Source: Candidatus Eiseniibacteriota bacterium
Lineage (GTDB): Bacteria > Joyebacterota > Joyebacteria > Joyebacterales > Joyebacteraceae
Direction: 5' to 3'
Assembly: GCA_043819135.1 (NCBI GenBank)
Contig: JBDRFG010000011.1
Span: 1 to 48,730 of the forward strand
Length of the DNA stretch: 48,730 bases
Under the pieces are notes generated by a model that searched no databases, had not been told where the DNA came from, and worked only from the letters and a program-made list of their open reading frames with translations. The first letter of the stretch is position 1. The number at the start of each line of letters is the position of its first letter. The position numbers and the translations under genes were made by a program. This document shows positions 26,766 to 37,281 of this stretch, one piece after another.

Positions 26766-29700
26766 ATGAGACTGTCGGCAAGCCTCAGATTGACGGCCTT
26801 CATCGCCGTCCTGCTGGTTGCAGTCAGCGCGACGGCCGGGGTCGTCACCCGCCACTACGAGTTCTCGGAGCCGCAGATCGTGTCCGAGGGCGACTATCAT
26901 CGCATTGCAATGAATGGGGCCTGGAACTACGGAGAGCCCGGCGAGCCGATGCTGCCGCTCGTCGGAGCCAGACTGCTTCTGCCGCCCGGCGAGATTGTCT
27001 CCGAGGTCCGCGTGACGCCTGGCGACAGGGTTGTTCTTGGAGACGGCTATGTTGTCGAGCCCGGCCAGATGCAGTACCCGTTGTCGCACGACGGGCCGCA
27101 CGTGGTCGCGAAGGCGGATTACACGCCCGGCGCGACCTACCCCTCGTCGCTGACGTCCGAGCCGGTCTTCGGTCGCTACCGCGGCTACGGCATCGCAAAC
27201 GTCGCCCTCTCTCCGGTCGAGTACGAGGTCGAGACCGGCAGGGTCTCGTACTACACGAGCATGGACGTGGAGATAGTGACGGAGTCGGACCCCGCCGGCA
27301 TGCGCGGTGTCCAGAAGATGATCGTCCACGACGCCGCCACGCTCAGGCGTCTGTCGGGCATGGTCGACAACCCTGCTGACGCGGCGCATTACGCCCTCAT
27401 CGAGCGGGACCCGGAGTTCAGCCGCGCGCTGGATCCCGCGCTTGCGTACAACTACATCATCGTCACTACGGACGCCTGGGAAGGCTATCTGGACACCTAC
27501 GTCGAGTGGAGAACACAGCGGGGCCAGAAGGTCGGTGTGTTCACGAAGGAGTGGATCGTCCTGAACTATTCGGGCGACGACGTCCAGGACCAGATCCGCA
27601 ACTTCATCATCGACGCGTACGGTACCTGGGCGCCCGACTACGTCCTTCTTGTCGGCGACGGCGAGCCCTCCGACAGCGACGGGATTCCGGCTCGAGGCTT
27701 CTACAACACGGCCTACGGCGAGACGGACGCCAACATCGCCTCCGACCTCTACTACTCGGCCCTGGACGGGACCTGGAACAACGACGGCGACAGCTACTAC
27801 GGCGAGATCGGGGAGGAGGATTTCTACCCCGAGGTCGGTATCGGCCGCGTAGCCTGCAGCGTCGCCTCCGACATCACCAACTTCACCACGAAGACTCAGC
27901 GCTACTCGGACACACCCATCGTCTCCGAGTGCGACGAGGCCCTGATGGTCGGTGAGCTGCTCTGGACCGGCAGCCCGAACACGTATGGGGGCACCTACAA
28001 GGACGAGGTGATGTACGGTGGGACCTACAACGGATACACCACTACGGGTTTCCCGGGCACAATGAACGTGGGCACGCTCTACGATCGCGACGCCACGTGG
28101 ACGAAGACGACCCTCATCAACACGATGGAAACGGGGATGAATGTCGTTAACCATCTGGGCCACTGCAACGTCGACTGGTTCATGAACATGACGAGCGCCG
28201 ATATCCCCTCATTCGACAACGACGGCACCACTCACAACCTGAACTTCATCTACTCGCAGGGCTGCTACGGCGGTTCGTTCGACAACCGTACCACGAGCGG
28301 CAGTTACGGTGGCGATTGTTTCTCCGAGAGCTTCACGGGCGATGACGACGGCGCGGTCGCCATCATCACAAACACGCGCTACGGCTGGGGCGACCCGGGT
28401 GGCACGGACGGATCGTCGCAGTATTTCGACCGCGAGTTCTTCGACGCCATCTTCGCCGAGGACATCTACCCGCTCGGGTATGTCAACAACGACTCCAAGA
28501 TCGACGTTCTCTGGCGCATCGATATCGGCGCGAACAGATGGTGCTACTACGAACTGACGCTGTTTGGCGACCCCGCAATGGAGCTCTGGACGGCCGAGCC
28601 GATCGCGCTGACGGCGACGCACAGCCCGACCGTGATGGTCGGTCAGCCGGACCTCGAGATCGTGATAACCGACGCCTCGCGGGGCGCGGTTGAAGGCGCC
28701 ATCGTGACCATCTACACGAACGACTTCTCGGTCTACGATACGGGTGTTACGGACGCCGCGGGCTCGGTGACCCTGCATCCGAACGCGAGCTCCGTCGAAA
28801 CGCTGCACGTCAAGGCGACGGCGAACAATCACCTGGTCAGCGACACAACCGTCGATATCATCCCGACGTCCGGCGTGTATCTTGCTCTGGACAGCTACAC
28901 TATCGACGACGACACGGTCGGCAACAGCAACGGGAACGACGACGGCCAGGTTGGCGCCGGCGAGGCTATCGAACTCGTGATAACCTTAGGCAACTTCGGT
29001 ACGGACATGGCCTATGGTGTTACCGCCACGCTCTCAACCACGAGCGGAAGCGTGTCGTTCGCCGACAGCTACGAGGAGTTTGGTGACATCACGGGCGGCG
29101 GAACGGCGCAGTGCCAGGACGACTTCGAATTCTCCATAGCCTCCGACACGCCGGACGGCGAGGTCGTTCCTTTGACGCTCACGATGATCGACGTTGCGAC
29201 GAGGGAGACCCGGGAGTCCTTCATCAACATCATTGTCCACGCCCCGGTTCTAGCGTATGAAGACCATGTTGTGGACGATCCGCAGTACGGCGGCAACGAG
29301 AACGGCTGCCCCGAGCCTGCCGAGGTCGTGGAGCTGGGCGTCACGCTAAGGAACTCGGGAGGCGCGATCGCGACCGGCGTTACGGGAACGCTCTCCACGA
29401 GCGACCCTTACGTCGTCGTCAACGACGCTGTCGGCACCGTCGTCTTCGTCAACCCCGACGGGACGGCCACGTTCCAGCCGAACTTCGGGGTCACGATCCT
29501 CCCGACCGCGCCGGCCGATCACGACATCGATTTCGATGTCGCCATCGCCGCCGATTGGGGCTATGCGTCCTCGGCACAGTTCAGCATAAGGACGCTTGGT
29601 AGCAACCACGAGGACGACATCGAGAGTGGCGAGGGGCTGTGGACACACGGAAGCGTGACCGGAGGCTTCGTTGACGAGTGGCACATCGAGACATACAGCT

Positions 29701-30458
29701 CGCACTCGACGAGCCACAGCTGGAAGTTCGGCGGCGCAGGGTCGGCTGTCTACGGCAACTCCGCCGACGGTGCGCTTCTGATGAAGCCGATCTGTCTGGG
29801 CACGGACGGCTCGATGACATTCTGGCACTTGATGGATGCCGAGCAGGAGAACGCGACGTCGGCGTGGGACTGCGGTCTCGTCGAGATCTCGACGGACGGA
29901 GGTTCTACGTGGAGCGTGCTCTATCCGGACGGCGGGTACAGCCACGCCAAGAACTGGAATACCGCGAACCCGCTTCCCGAGGGCACGCCGTGCTGGTCCG
30001 GCACCTTCGCCTGGAGGCAGGAGACGTTTGATCTGACGAGCTATGAGAACCAGCAGATCCAGATCAGGTTCCGTTTCGCTTCCGACGGATCGGTCACGGA
30101 GGAGGGCTGGTACGTCGACGACATCAACCTGACCTCCACCGGCGCGCAGACATCGGTGCCGGAGGACGAGGAGATTCCCAGGACGTTCGCCCTCAGGCAG
30201 AACGTCCCGAACCCGTTCAACCCGGTCACGGTGATCCAGTATCAGCTTCCGAGGGAGACGCACGTCACGATCGACGTGTTCAACATCGCCGGCAGGCTGG
30301 TCACGACGCTCGTCAATGAGGAGCAGGACGCGGGTGTCAAGGCGGTCACGTGGGACGGCACGAACGCGGAGGGGGAGAAGGTCGCAAGCGGCATCTACAT
30401 GTACAGGATGCAGGCCGGTGACCACATTTCCAGGAAGATGATGGCGCTTCTCAAGTAG
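26766..30458 (+). CDS. Gingipain-like cysteine peptidase C25 with propeptide, Ig-like domains and C-terminal FlgD-Ig / T9SS-A-like domain
   Basis: Signal peptide, GEPMLP propeptide, YVLLVGD, SDLYY, GIGRV, NHLGH (His) and SQGCY (Cys), LFGDPAM, and a QNVPNPFNP...WDGTN...SGIYMYRM tail. Confidence 0.88.
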   Translation: MRLSASLRLTAFIAVLLVAVSATAGVVTRHYEFSEPQIVSEGDYHRIAMNGAWNYGEPGEPMLPLVGARLLLPPGEIVSEVRVTPGDRVVLGDGYVVEPGQMQYPLSHDGPHVVAKADYTPGATYPSSLTSEPVFGRYRGYGIANVALSPVEYEVETGRVSYYTSMDVEIVTESDPAGMRGVQKMIVHDAATLRRLSGMVDNPADAAHYALIERDPEFSRALDPALAYNYIIVTTDAWEGYLDTYVEWRTQRGQKVGVFTKEWIVLNYSGDDVQDQIRNFIIDAYGTWAPDYVLLVGDGEPSDSDGIPARGFYNTAYGETDANIASDLYYSALDGTWNNDGDSYYGEIGEEDFYPEVGIGRVACSVASDITNFTTKTQRYSDTPIVSECDEALMVGELLWTGSPNTYGGTYKDEVMYGGTYNGYTTTGFPGTMNVGTLYDRDATWTKTTLINTMETGMNVVNHLGHCNVDWFMNMTSADIPSFDNDGTTHNLNFIYSQGCYGGSFDNRTTSGSYGGDCFSESFTGDDDGAVAIITNTRYGWGDPGGTDGSSQYFDREFFDAIFAEDIYPLGYVNNDSKIDVLWRIDIGANRWCYYELTLFGDPAMELWTAEPIALTATHSPTVMVGQPDLEIVITDASRGAVEGAIVTIYTNDFSVYDTGVTDAAGSVTLHPNASSVETLHVKATANNHLVSDTTVDIIPTSGVYLALDSYTIDDDTVGNSNGNDDGQVGAGEAIELVITLGNFGTDMAYGVTATLSTTSGSVSFADSYEEFGDITGGGTAQCQDDFEFSIASDTPDGEVVPLTLTMIDVATRETRESFINIIVHAPVLAYEDHVVDDPQYGGNENGCPEPAEVVELGVTLRNSGGAIATGVTGTLSTSDPYVVVNDAVGTVVFVNPDGTATFQPNFGVTILPTAPADHDIDFDVAIAADWGYASSAQFSIRTLGSNHEDDIESGEGLWTHGSVTGGFVDEWHIETYSSHSTSHSWKFGGAGSAVYGNSADGALLMKPICLGTDGSMTFWHLMDAEQENATSAWDCGLVEISTDGGSTWSVLYPDGGYSHAKNWNTANPLPEGTPCWSGTFAWRQETFDLTSYENQQIQIRFRFASDGSVTEEGWYVDDINLTSTGAQTSVPEDEEIPRTFALRQNVPNPFNPVTVIQYQLPRETHVTIDVFNIAGRLVTTLVNEEQDAGVKAVTWDGTNAEGEKVASGIYMYRMQAGDHISRKMMALLK

Positions 30459-30469
30459 CTTCTCGTTCA

Positions 30470-30521
30470 GCGGGGCGGAGAGCCGTGCGTTTCGCACTCG
30501 TCTCTTCGCCCCGCCTTTCTT
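30470..30521 (+). terminator. Intrinsic terminator after the C25 protease
   Basis: gcggggcggagag...ctcttcgccccgc stem followed by ctttctt. Confidence 0.6.
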
Positions 30522-30677
30522 TGCTCCAGGGCCCTCCAGCGCAGCCGCGCGCCGGGGGTCGGGTTCAGAATCCGTCCCGTGAGTTGCGCCTCCATGACTA
30601 TCTGAGTAGATTTCTTCAAGAGGCATCGTGGGGCCGGGGGGCCCGATCGAGTGGTGCAGGATCCCGTGGGGGAACAC

Positions 30678-31571
30678 GTGATCGCAAAGGCTGCTGGTCT
30701 GTCATATCCGAAGCACGTCTCAGAAAAGGTAGACCTTCTGGCCCGCGCACTGGGCGCGGCCCAGGAGGTCTTCCTGTTCCTGGACTACGGCGGGACTCTC
30801 GTTTCGGGGGTGCCAGGTGAGACGTGCCACCCGGAACCTGGAGTGCTGGCCAAGCTCGAGCAACTCGGAAACGAGGAGGCCTTTTCGGTCTTCGTGCTGA
30901 GCGGGCGAACGGTCGATGAACTCGACTCGCTGCTCGGGGTTGAGAACATCGGTCTCATCGGGCAGCGCGGCTTCGAGATACGACGGGAGTACTCGGAGAC
31001 GGAGTACCCGGTGGACCCCAAGTTCCTGGGCGGTCTGATCCATCACCTGGAACTGGACGCACACGGGTGCCTGGAGCAGTTCCCCGGCGTCTCGATCGAG
31101 AATCGTGGGTTCGCACTGACCCTCCACCTGAACCATCGGGACCCCAACCTGGATCGCGAGGCCAGCCGGGAGTTTCTGCGTCTGGTTCGCACTCTCGACG
31201 TTCACCGTCAGCTGGAGGTTCTGTACGGAGAGCGGACCGTGGAGGCGCGGATGGCGGGGTGGCACAAAGGGGATGCCGTCAGTCACATCCTGAGGGCCGC
31301 CGACGCAGAGGAATCACTCGCCATCTACATTGGCGACGACGTCACCGATGAGGAGGCGTTCGAAGCCGTGCGAGGGTGGTCCGAGATTGACGACTACGAG
31401 GAACCCTGGTTCATCCCCGGGAACGAGGACGACGAAGAGCCGCCCCACGCGCTCACGATACTCGTCGCGGACCGGCCCCGTCCAACCATGGCTTCGCTGT
31501 TCGTTCGCGGACCGCACGAGGTCTACGAGTTCTTGTCATCACTCGCGGCCATCGCCTCGGCCCTTCTGTAG
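30678..31571 (+). CDS. otsB: Trehalose-6-phosphate phosphatase-like HAD protein (motif I variant)
   Basis: LFLDYGGTL, LSGR, HKGDAV and YIGDDVTDEEAF motifs. Confidence 0.78.
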   Translation: MIAKAAGLSYPKHVSEKVDLLARALGAAQEVFLFLDYGGTLVSGVPGETCHPEPGVLAKLEQLGNEEAFSVFVLSGRTVDELDSLLGVENIGLIGQRGFEIRREYSETEYPVDPKFLGGLIHHLELDAHGCLEQFPGVSIENRGFALTLHLNHRDPNLDREASREFLRLVRTLDVHRQLEVLYGERTVEARMAGWHKGDAVSHILRAADAEESLAIYIGDDVTDEEAFEAVRGWSEIDDYEEPWFIPGNEDDEEPPHALTILVADRPRPTMASLFVRGPHEVYEFLSSLAAIASALL

Positions 31572-31630
31572 TCTCCGCGCGACGACCCCGGACTTCTACG
31601 CTCGGACCGGACCGTCCGTCCATCGAATCC

Positions 31631-32056
31631 CTATCGCCCCCTGACCAGCAGCACGGAACAGCCCGCCTGCTCGGCCACCGTCGCGCTCACGCTGCCCATC
31701 GCTCTGGCCTTGTCGGGGGCCTTGCCCCTGACGCCGATCACGATGAGGCCGACCTCGAGCGCCTCGGCGTACGCGACTATTGCCTCAGTGGGGCGCCCCT
31801 TCTTCAAGAGCTTGGTCTCGGCCGTGACACCGGCCTTCTCGGCTACGCCTGCCGCGTGTGACAGAATTCTCTCGGCGTCTCCGACCAGGGCCTCCTCCAG
31901 TTCATCCGCGAGGTCCGTCTTGTACTGCTCCGGGATGTGGAAGGCGTGACAGATGCTCAGCGTCGAACCATGAACCCGCGCCATCTCGGCCGCTGCCTCG
32001 ACCGCTCGGTCCGAGTTCATCGAGCCGTCTGCCGCCACGAGGATTCTCTCGAACAT
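31631..32056 (-). CDS. Universal stress protein
   Basis: FERILVAADGS...LIVIGVRG...MGSVS...CSVLLVR. Confidence 0.9.
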   Translation of the reverse strand: MFERILVAADGSMNSDRAVEAAAEMARVHGSTLSICHAFHIPEQYKTDLADELEEALVGDAERILSHAAGVAEKAGVTAETKLLKKGRPTEAIVAYAEALEVGLIVIGVRGKAPDKARAMGSVSATVAEQAGCSVLLVRGR

Positions 32057-32131
32057 CAATGTTCTCCCGTCTGAAAGCACAGCCGCTGGCGGCGCGAACA
32101 AGTTGTCGGCGCGCCGTCCCGCAGTCAGGGG

Positions 32132-33049
32132 TCAGTCACTCTTGCCGGCGCCTTCGTCCACACGCACCCGCATGATCCCGTCCATGGGCGCTCCCTCGCC
32201 AAGATAGATGGTTCGGTGGGGGAACGGGATCTCTATGCCCTTGGCGTTGAAGGCCTTTTTGATTCTCCGCCTGAATTCGCGCGCCACTGCCCACTGCTGC
32301 ATCGGGACCGTGGTGAACCTGACGCGGATGACCACCGCCGAGTCTCCGAAGTCCTGGACGCCGAGCACATCCAGAGGGGCCGTGATGATGGCCGAATATT
32401 CCGGGGCCGCCGCCATCTCATCTCCGACATCCTTCATGACGGCCATGACCTCGTCAACGTCCTCCTTGTAGGCGACTCCTACGTCCAGGACGTAGCGCGA
32501 GTACTGTTTGGTCATGTTGGTCGCGACTACGATGGCGCCGTTGGGTATCACGTGCACTCTCCCATCGAGATCACGCAGCGTCGTCGCTCGCAGCGTTATC
32601 TTCTCGACGAGTCCCGACACGTCTGCCGCCCTGACCACGTCCCCAACGTGATACTGGTTCTCGATCAACACGAACACTCCCGCCAGAATATCTTTGACGA
32701 GCGACTGAGCGCCGAACCCGATGGCCAGTCCAGCCACACCGACGCCCGCCAATATAGGGCCGATGTCGATGCCGACCTCTTTCAGAACCATCAGGAGCGC
32801 CATGCCCCACACGGTGACCCTCACGACATAGCGCAGGACCTTCCCGAGAGTTGCCGCCTGCTTCTCCCGCTCGTTCATCGTGTCGGGGTCGTCGTCCTCG
32901 AAAGTTCTCTCGACTCGTTTTATTATGAAGGACGCGAGGCGCACGAACAGCACGGCGCCCAGGATTATGAGGACAGTTCTCAGACCGCTCGTCGCGAGCC
33001 ACTTGGCGAGCACCTCCAGATTCACGATCTCACTCCAGTTCATCGACAT
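32132..33049 (-). CDS. Small-conductance mechanosensitive channel (MscS family)
   Basis: GLAIGFGAQSLVKD, ENQYHVGD, IPNG and GIEIPFP motifs. Confidence 0.92.
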   Translation of the reverse strand: MSMNWSEIVNLEVLAKWLATSGLRTVLIILGAVLFVRLASFIIKRVERTFEDDDPDTMNEREKQAATLGKVLRYVVRVTVWGMALLMVLKEVGIDIGPILAGVGVAGLAIGFGAQSLVKDILAGVFVLIENQYHVGDVVRAADVSGLVEKITLRATTLRDLDGRVHVIPNGAIVVATNMTKQYSRYVLDVGVAYKEDVDEVMAVMKDVGDEMAAAPEYSAIITAPLDVLGVQDFGDSAVVIRVRFTTVPMQQWAVAREFRRRIKKAFNAKGIEIPFPHRTIYLGEGAPMDGIMRVRVDEGAGKSD

Positions 33050-33070
33050 ACACACCTCCAGGGCGTTCCG

Positions 33071-34174
33071 CTAGATCGTGAACCTTCCGTCCTTGTAGAT
33101 TATCTTGCCGTCGGCATAGATCTTTCCACCGTTGCGCATGTCGTTGACGATGTCCCAGTGGACGCCGGACTCGTTCTTGCCACCCGACTCGGGTAGAGAC
33201 GCGCCCAGCGCCATGTGGAACGTGCCACCGATCTTCTCGTCGAAAAGCGTGTTCTTCGTGAACTTCTGGATCGAGTAGTTGGTGCCTATGGCGAACTCGC
33301 CCACGCGTCGGGCGCCCTCGTCCGAGTCGAGCATCGCGTGGAGGAAGTCCTCGTTTTTCGACGCGCTGGCCTTGACGACGCGTCCCTTCTTGAAGGTCAG
33401 CTTGACGCCGTCGGCCTCCCGCCCGGAGTAGTAGGCGGGGAAGGAGAAGCTCACGGTGCCCTCCACAGAGTCCTCGATGGGACCCGTGAAGATCTCACCG
33501 TCGGGCATGTTCGCCAGGCCGTCGCAGTTGACCCACGTCCGGCCCTCGACGTTCATCGTAAGGTCCGTTCCCTCGGCGACAACGCGGATCTTCTTGCGTT
33601 CGTCGAGTTGCCTGCAGATCTTCTTCTGCTTCCCGTGCACCTTCTTCCAGGCCGCGATGGGGTCCTTGAGGTGCACCATGCAGGCCTTGAGCACAAAGTC
33701 CTCGTAATCCTCCAGGGACATCTCGGCGTCCTGGGCGGACGCGTTGCAGGGGAACTGGGTTCCCACCCACTTGAGTTCGCCCGCGGCCTCGCGCTCCATG
33801 AATCGCTTGAAGAGTCCGCTGGTGGCCTTACTTCTGATCGCCAGCTTCTTGGGGTCGACGCCGGCCATCGCCTTCGTGTTTTCGCCGCCCCAGATGGAGA
33901 TCACCTTGTCGACCCGATCGACCTCGAACTCAGAGATGGGGTTGACGAACTTGAGCTGGTGCTGCTTGGCCGTGCTGAAGAACGTCTCCGACAGTCCCGG
34001 AAGACTGAGTCGTAGGAACGGATGACCCCCCACCCTCAGCGTCTCCCTGTAGATCTCCGAGAGCAGCGGCTCAGCGATCGCCCCACCGCCTATCTCGACC
34101 AGGTCGCCCTTCTCGACCGCTACCGAGTAGTTGACCAGTACGCCCGCGAGCTTTTCGTATCTTGGATCCCTCAC
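33071..34174 (-). CDS. Aminopeptidase, M29 (AmpS/PepT) family, copy 1
   Basis: NMPDGEIFTGP, VGEFAIG, FDEKIGGTFHMALG and HWD motifs. Confidence 0.92.
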   Translation of the reverse strand: MRDPRYEKLAGVLVNYSVAVEKGDLVEIGGGAIAEPLLSEIYRETLRVGGHPFLRLSLPGLSETFFSTAKQHQLKFVNPISEFEVDRVDKVISIWGGENTKAMAGVDPKKLAIRSKATSGLFKRFMEREAAGELKWVGTQFPCNASAQDAEMSLEDYEDFVLKACMVHLKDPIAAWKKVHGKQKKICRQLDERKKIRVVAEGTDLTMNVEGRTWVNCDGLANMPDGEIFTGPIEDSVEGTVSFSFPAYYSGREADGVKLTFKKGRVVKASASKNEDFLHAMLDSDEGARRVGEFAIGTNYSIQKFTKNTLFDEKIGGTFHMALGASLPESGGKNESGVHWDIVNDMRNGGKIYADGKIIYKDGRFTI

Positions 34175-34185
34175 TTAGTTCTCCT

Positions 34186-35292
34186 TTAGACCGGTGTGAA
34201 CTGCCCGTCCTTGTAGATCATCTTCCCGTCGGCGTAGATCTTTCCGCCGTCACGCATGTCAGCGACCATGTCCCAGTGGATGCCGGATTTGTTCTGCCCG
34301 CCGGACTGCGGGTAGGAGGAGCCGACCGCCATGTGGATGGTGCCGCCTATCTTCTCGTCGAAGAGAGTGTTCTTCGTGAACTTCTCAACGGCGTAGTTGG
34401 TGCCCACGGCGATCTCGCCGACGAACCTCGCCCCCTCATCGGTATCGAGCATCGACCTCAAGAAGTCCTCGCCCTTGGACGCCGTGGCCTTGACGACACG
34501 CCCCTTCTTGAAGGTCAGGCGGACGTCGTGGACCTCACGTCCGCCGTAGCAAGCGGGGAACGTGAAGGCTATCTTGCCCTCCACCGAGTCCTCGATGGGG
34601 CCCGTGAATATTTCGCCCGATGGCATGTTGTGCCGGCCGTCGCTGTTTATCCACGTTCGCCCGGCGACGCGCATCGAGATGTCCGTTCCCGACTTGACGA
34701 TCCGTATTCTCTTGACGTTGTTCAGATACCTGCAGAACTTCGCCTGCTTTCGCTTGATCCCCTTCCATGCCGCGACGGGATCGCTCTTGTGCACCAGACA
34801 TGCGCGCAGCACGAAGTCCTCGTACTCCTCCAGGGACATCTCCGCGTCCTGAGCCGAGGCATTGCACGGGAACTGCGTCACGCACCAGTCCAGCTCGCCG
34901 GCGGCCACGCGGTCCTGATACTGCTGTCTCAGGCCCGACTGGGCTCTCGCTACGGCGGTCTGCTTTGAGGGTTCGACGTTCGTGAGCGCCTTCGTGTTCT
35001 CCGTGCTCCGTATGGCCAGGAGCTTGTCTATCTGATTGATCTCGTGCTCCGATACGGGGTTCACGAACTCCAGCTGGTGTTTCCTGGCGGTCTCGTAGAA
35101 GGTCTCGGTGGCCCCGGGGAGCGCAATGCGCGTCAGCGGGTGTCCGCCGGCCTCCAGCACCTCCCGGAAGACCTCCCGGACCAGCGGCGCCGACGGAAGT
35201 CCGGCCCGTATCAGGACGAGATCCTTCTTCTGAACGTCGAGGCAGTACTGGACCAGAACCTTCGCAAGCTTCTCAAAGCGGGGGTCTGTCAT
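34186..35292 (-). CDS. Aminopeptidase, M29 family, copy 2
   Basis: NMPSGEIFTGP, FDEKIGGTIHMAVG and HWD motifs. Start MTDPRFEKL aligns with the start of copy 1. Confidence 0.92.
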   Translation of the reverse strand: MTDPRFEKLAKVLVQYCLDVQKKDLVLIRAGLPSAPLVREVFREVLEAGGHPLTRIALPGATETFYETARKHQLEFVNPVSEHEINQIDKLLAIRSTENTKALTNVEPSKQTAVARAQSGLRQQYQDRVAAGELDWCVTQFPCNASAQDAEMSLEEYEDFVLRACLVHKSDPVAAWKGIKRKQAKFCRYLNNVKRIRIVKSGTDISMRVAGRTWINSDGRHNMPSGEIFTGPIEDSVEGKIAFTFPACYGGREVHDVRLTFKKGRVVKATASKGEDFLRSMLDTDEGARFVGEIAVGTNYAVEKFTKNTLFDEKIGGTIHMAVGSSYPQSGGQNKSGIHWDMVADMRDGGKIYADGKMIYKDGQFTPV

Positions 35293-35363
35293 TCCCTCTC
35301 CTTGCTGATTGCCATCGCTGTCGATCCGCAGGCCACAGACCCCAGGAGCCACGTGTGTCGCCG

Positions 35364-35432
35364 GGCGGGTGTTACCCCGGCGCTCAGACATGCGGCGCTG
35401 CGTGCCAAACTCGCGGCGGGGTAACACCCGCC
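35364..35432 (-). repeat. 69-bp palindromic intergenic element, copy A
   Basis: 16-bp perfect inverted repeat ggcgggtgttaccccg/cggggtaacacccgcc around a core shared with 48071-48139. Confidence 0.8.
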
Positions 35433-35463
35433 AGGCCACGTACGGCCACACCTGGTCCCCGGC

Positions 35464-37107
35464 CTACGGCTCGAAGCGCGCGGCGATCGGCATCCGCCTG
35501 CCGGAACCGAACGCCTTGCTCGTTACCTTCAGACCCGGAGCGGCCTGCCTGCGTTTGTATTCATTTCCGTTGACCGCGCTTATCACCCACCGGACGGTCT
35601 CTGAGTCGAGCCCCTCCGCGATGATGTCCGCCGGCGACATGCTGTGGTCGACGTACATCGCCAGTATCCTGTCCAGTGTCTCGTAAGGCGGCAGCGTGTC
35701 CTGGTCGCGTTGGTCCGGGCGAAGCTCCGCCGACGGCGGCTTCTCGATCGTGGCGTTCGGGATCAACTCGCGCTCTCGGTTCACGTAGCGCGCCAGTTCG
35801 TACACCATCGTTTTGGGAACATCCGATATCACCGCGAGGCCACCGCTCATGTCTCCGTAGAGCGTGCAGTAGCCGACGGCCAGTTCGCTCTTGTTGCCCG
35901 TCGAGAGGACAAGATGGCCTTCCCGATTGGACAGCGCCATGAGGATGTTTCCCCGGATACGAGCCTGGACGTTCTCGACGGTGACGTCCACCTCACCGAC
36001 CGGGAAGATGCGCCGCAGCGTGTCGAGATAGGCGTTGTGGACATCGGCAATGTGCACGGTTTCGATGCGGACGCCCAGGTTCGTCGCCAGCGCCACGGAG
36101 TCGTTCACGCTGCCGGCCGACGAATACGCCGAGGGCATGGTGACTCCGACCACGTTCTCGGGCCCCAGAGCCCTTGCCGCCAGCGCACAGACGACCGCCG
36201 AGTCTATGCCTCCGGACAGTCCGACCGCCACACTCTCGAACCCACACTTGGCGACGTAGTCCCTCAGTCCGAGGACCAGAGCGTCGTGCACCGCGGCCAC
36301 CGTGTTGTCTGCAACGAATTCGATCGCCGCCCCCGACCCCGTGTCCACGATGCGCACGCCTTCCTCGAACCCAGGAAGGAGCTCGATGAGTGCGCCGTCA
36401 GCGGCGACCAGCATACTGTGACCGTCGAATACCAGCTCGTCGTTCCCTCCAACCTGGTTGACGAGGACGAAAGGAACGCCGTGCTTTCTGGCGTGATCCG
36501 AGAACAGGCGATAGCGAAGCTCGTCCTTTCCCACCGAAAACGGTGAGGCGGAGAGGTTGATGAGGAGCGTGGCCCCGAGGGCCGCCGCGTCCGCGACGGG
36601 ATTGACGTCGTAGACGGGCCTCCTCCAGAGCCCCGGGTCGGTCCAGGCATCCTCGCAGATCGACACGCCCAGATGCTCACCCGCGAACTCCACGAGTTCA
36701 ACACCATCCGCTCTGTCGAAGTAGCGTGCCTCGTCGAACACGTCATAGGTGGGAAGCAGCATCTTGTGCTGCCTGAGGAGCGTAGCGCCCGCCTTCAAGA
36801 GGACGGCGGAGTTGAAGAGGCCCTTCCCGGGCGTGCGCTCACTGCGGGAGACGGTGCCCGTCAGGATGCCTGTCTCCGCGTGTCTTCCAGAGAGCCTGGC
36901 GAGGCCGGCCAGCGCCTCCTCGGCCCTGTCGATGAACCACTCCTTCTCCAGGAGGTCCTGCGGCGGGTAGCCCGTGAGGAACATCTCCGGGAACGCAACA
37001 AGGTTCGGTCGCTCGCTCCGAACCAGTGCGAGCGTCTCCTCGATCTTCCCGAGATTGCCCTCGAAGTCGCCCACAGTGGGATTCAGCTGTGCGATCGCGA
37101 TTCTCAT
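35464..37107 (-). CDS. nadE: Glutamine-dependent NAD+ synthetase
   Basis: Nitrilase domain (FPE, HKMLLPTYDVFDE, ICED) plus GLSGGIDS, NKSE and PSAELRPDQ. Confidence 0.95.
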   Translation of the reverse strand: MRIAIAQLNPTVGDFEGNLGKIEETLALVRSERPNLVAFPEMFLTGYPPQDLLEKEWFIDRAEEALAGLARLSGRHAETGILTGTVSRSERTPGKGLFNSAVLLKAGATLLRQHKMLLPTYDVFDEARYFDRADGVELVEFAGEHLGVSICEDAWTDPGLWRRPVYDVNPVADAAALGATLLINLSASPFSVGKDELRYRLFSDHARKHGVPFVLVNQVGGNDELVFDGHSMLVAADGALIELLPGFEEGVRIVDTGSGAAIEFVADNTVAAVHDALVLGLRDYVAKCGFESVAVGLSGGIDSAVVCALAARALGPENVVGVTMPSAYSSAGSVNDSVALATNLGVRIETVHIADVHNAYLDTLRRIFPVGEVDVTVENVQARIRGNILMALSNREGHLVLSTGNKSELAVGYCTLYGDMSGGLAVISDVPKTMVYELARYVNRERELIPNATIEKPPSAELRPDQRDQDTLPPYETLDRILAMYVDHSMSPADIIAEGLDSETVRWVISAVNGNEYKRRQAAPGLKVTSKAFGSGRRMPIAARFEP

Positions 37108-37220
37108 GGGTGCCTCCGGTGTGATGGGAGGCCACGTGCCCGCCCGGACGCGCGGCCAGCGTCAATGATACCGCGACCACCGCCGCGGTTCCAGCGGCAA
37201 CTACCCGTGGAGCGGGCCTC

Positions 37221-37260
37221 AAAGCGACCGCCCCGGCGTTCCTGCGAGCGCCGGGGCGGT
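37221..37260 (-). terminator. Hairpin terminator after the VOC gene
   Basis: accgccccggcg...cgccggggcggt stem followed on the minus strand by cgcttt. Confidence 0.55.
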
Positions 37261-37281
37261 GCGTGGGTCTCTGTCCGTAGT

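Noticed and set aside
30170..30458. Claiming a functional type IX secretion system from the protease C-terminal domain
   Set aside because: No T9SS machinery genes are in the window, and the FlgD-Ig-like tail alone does not establish the pathway.
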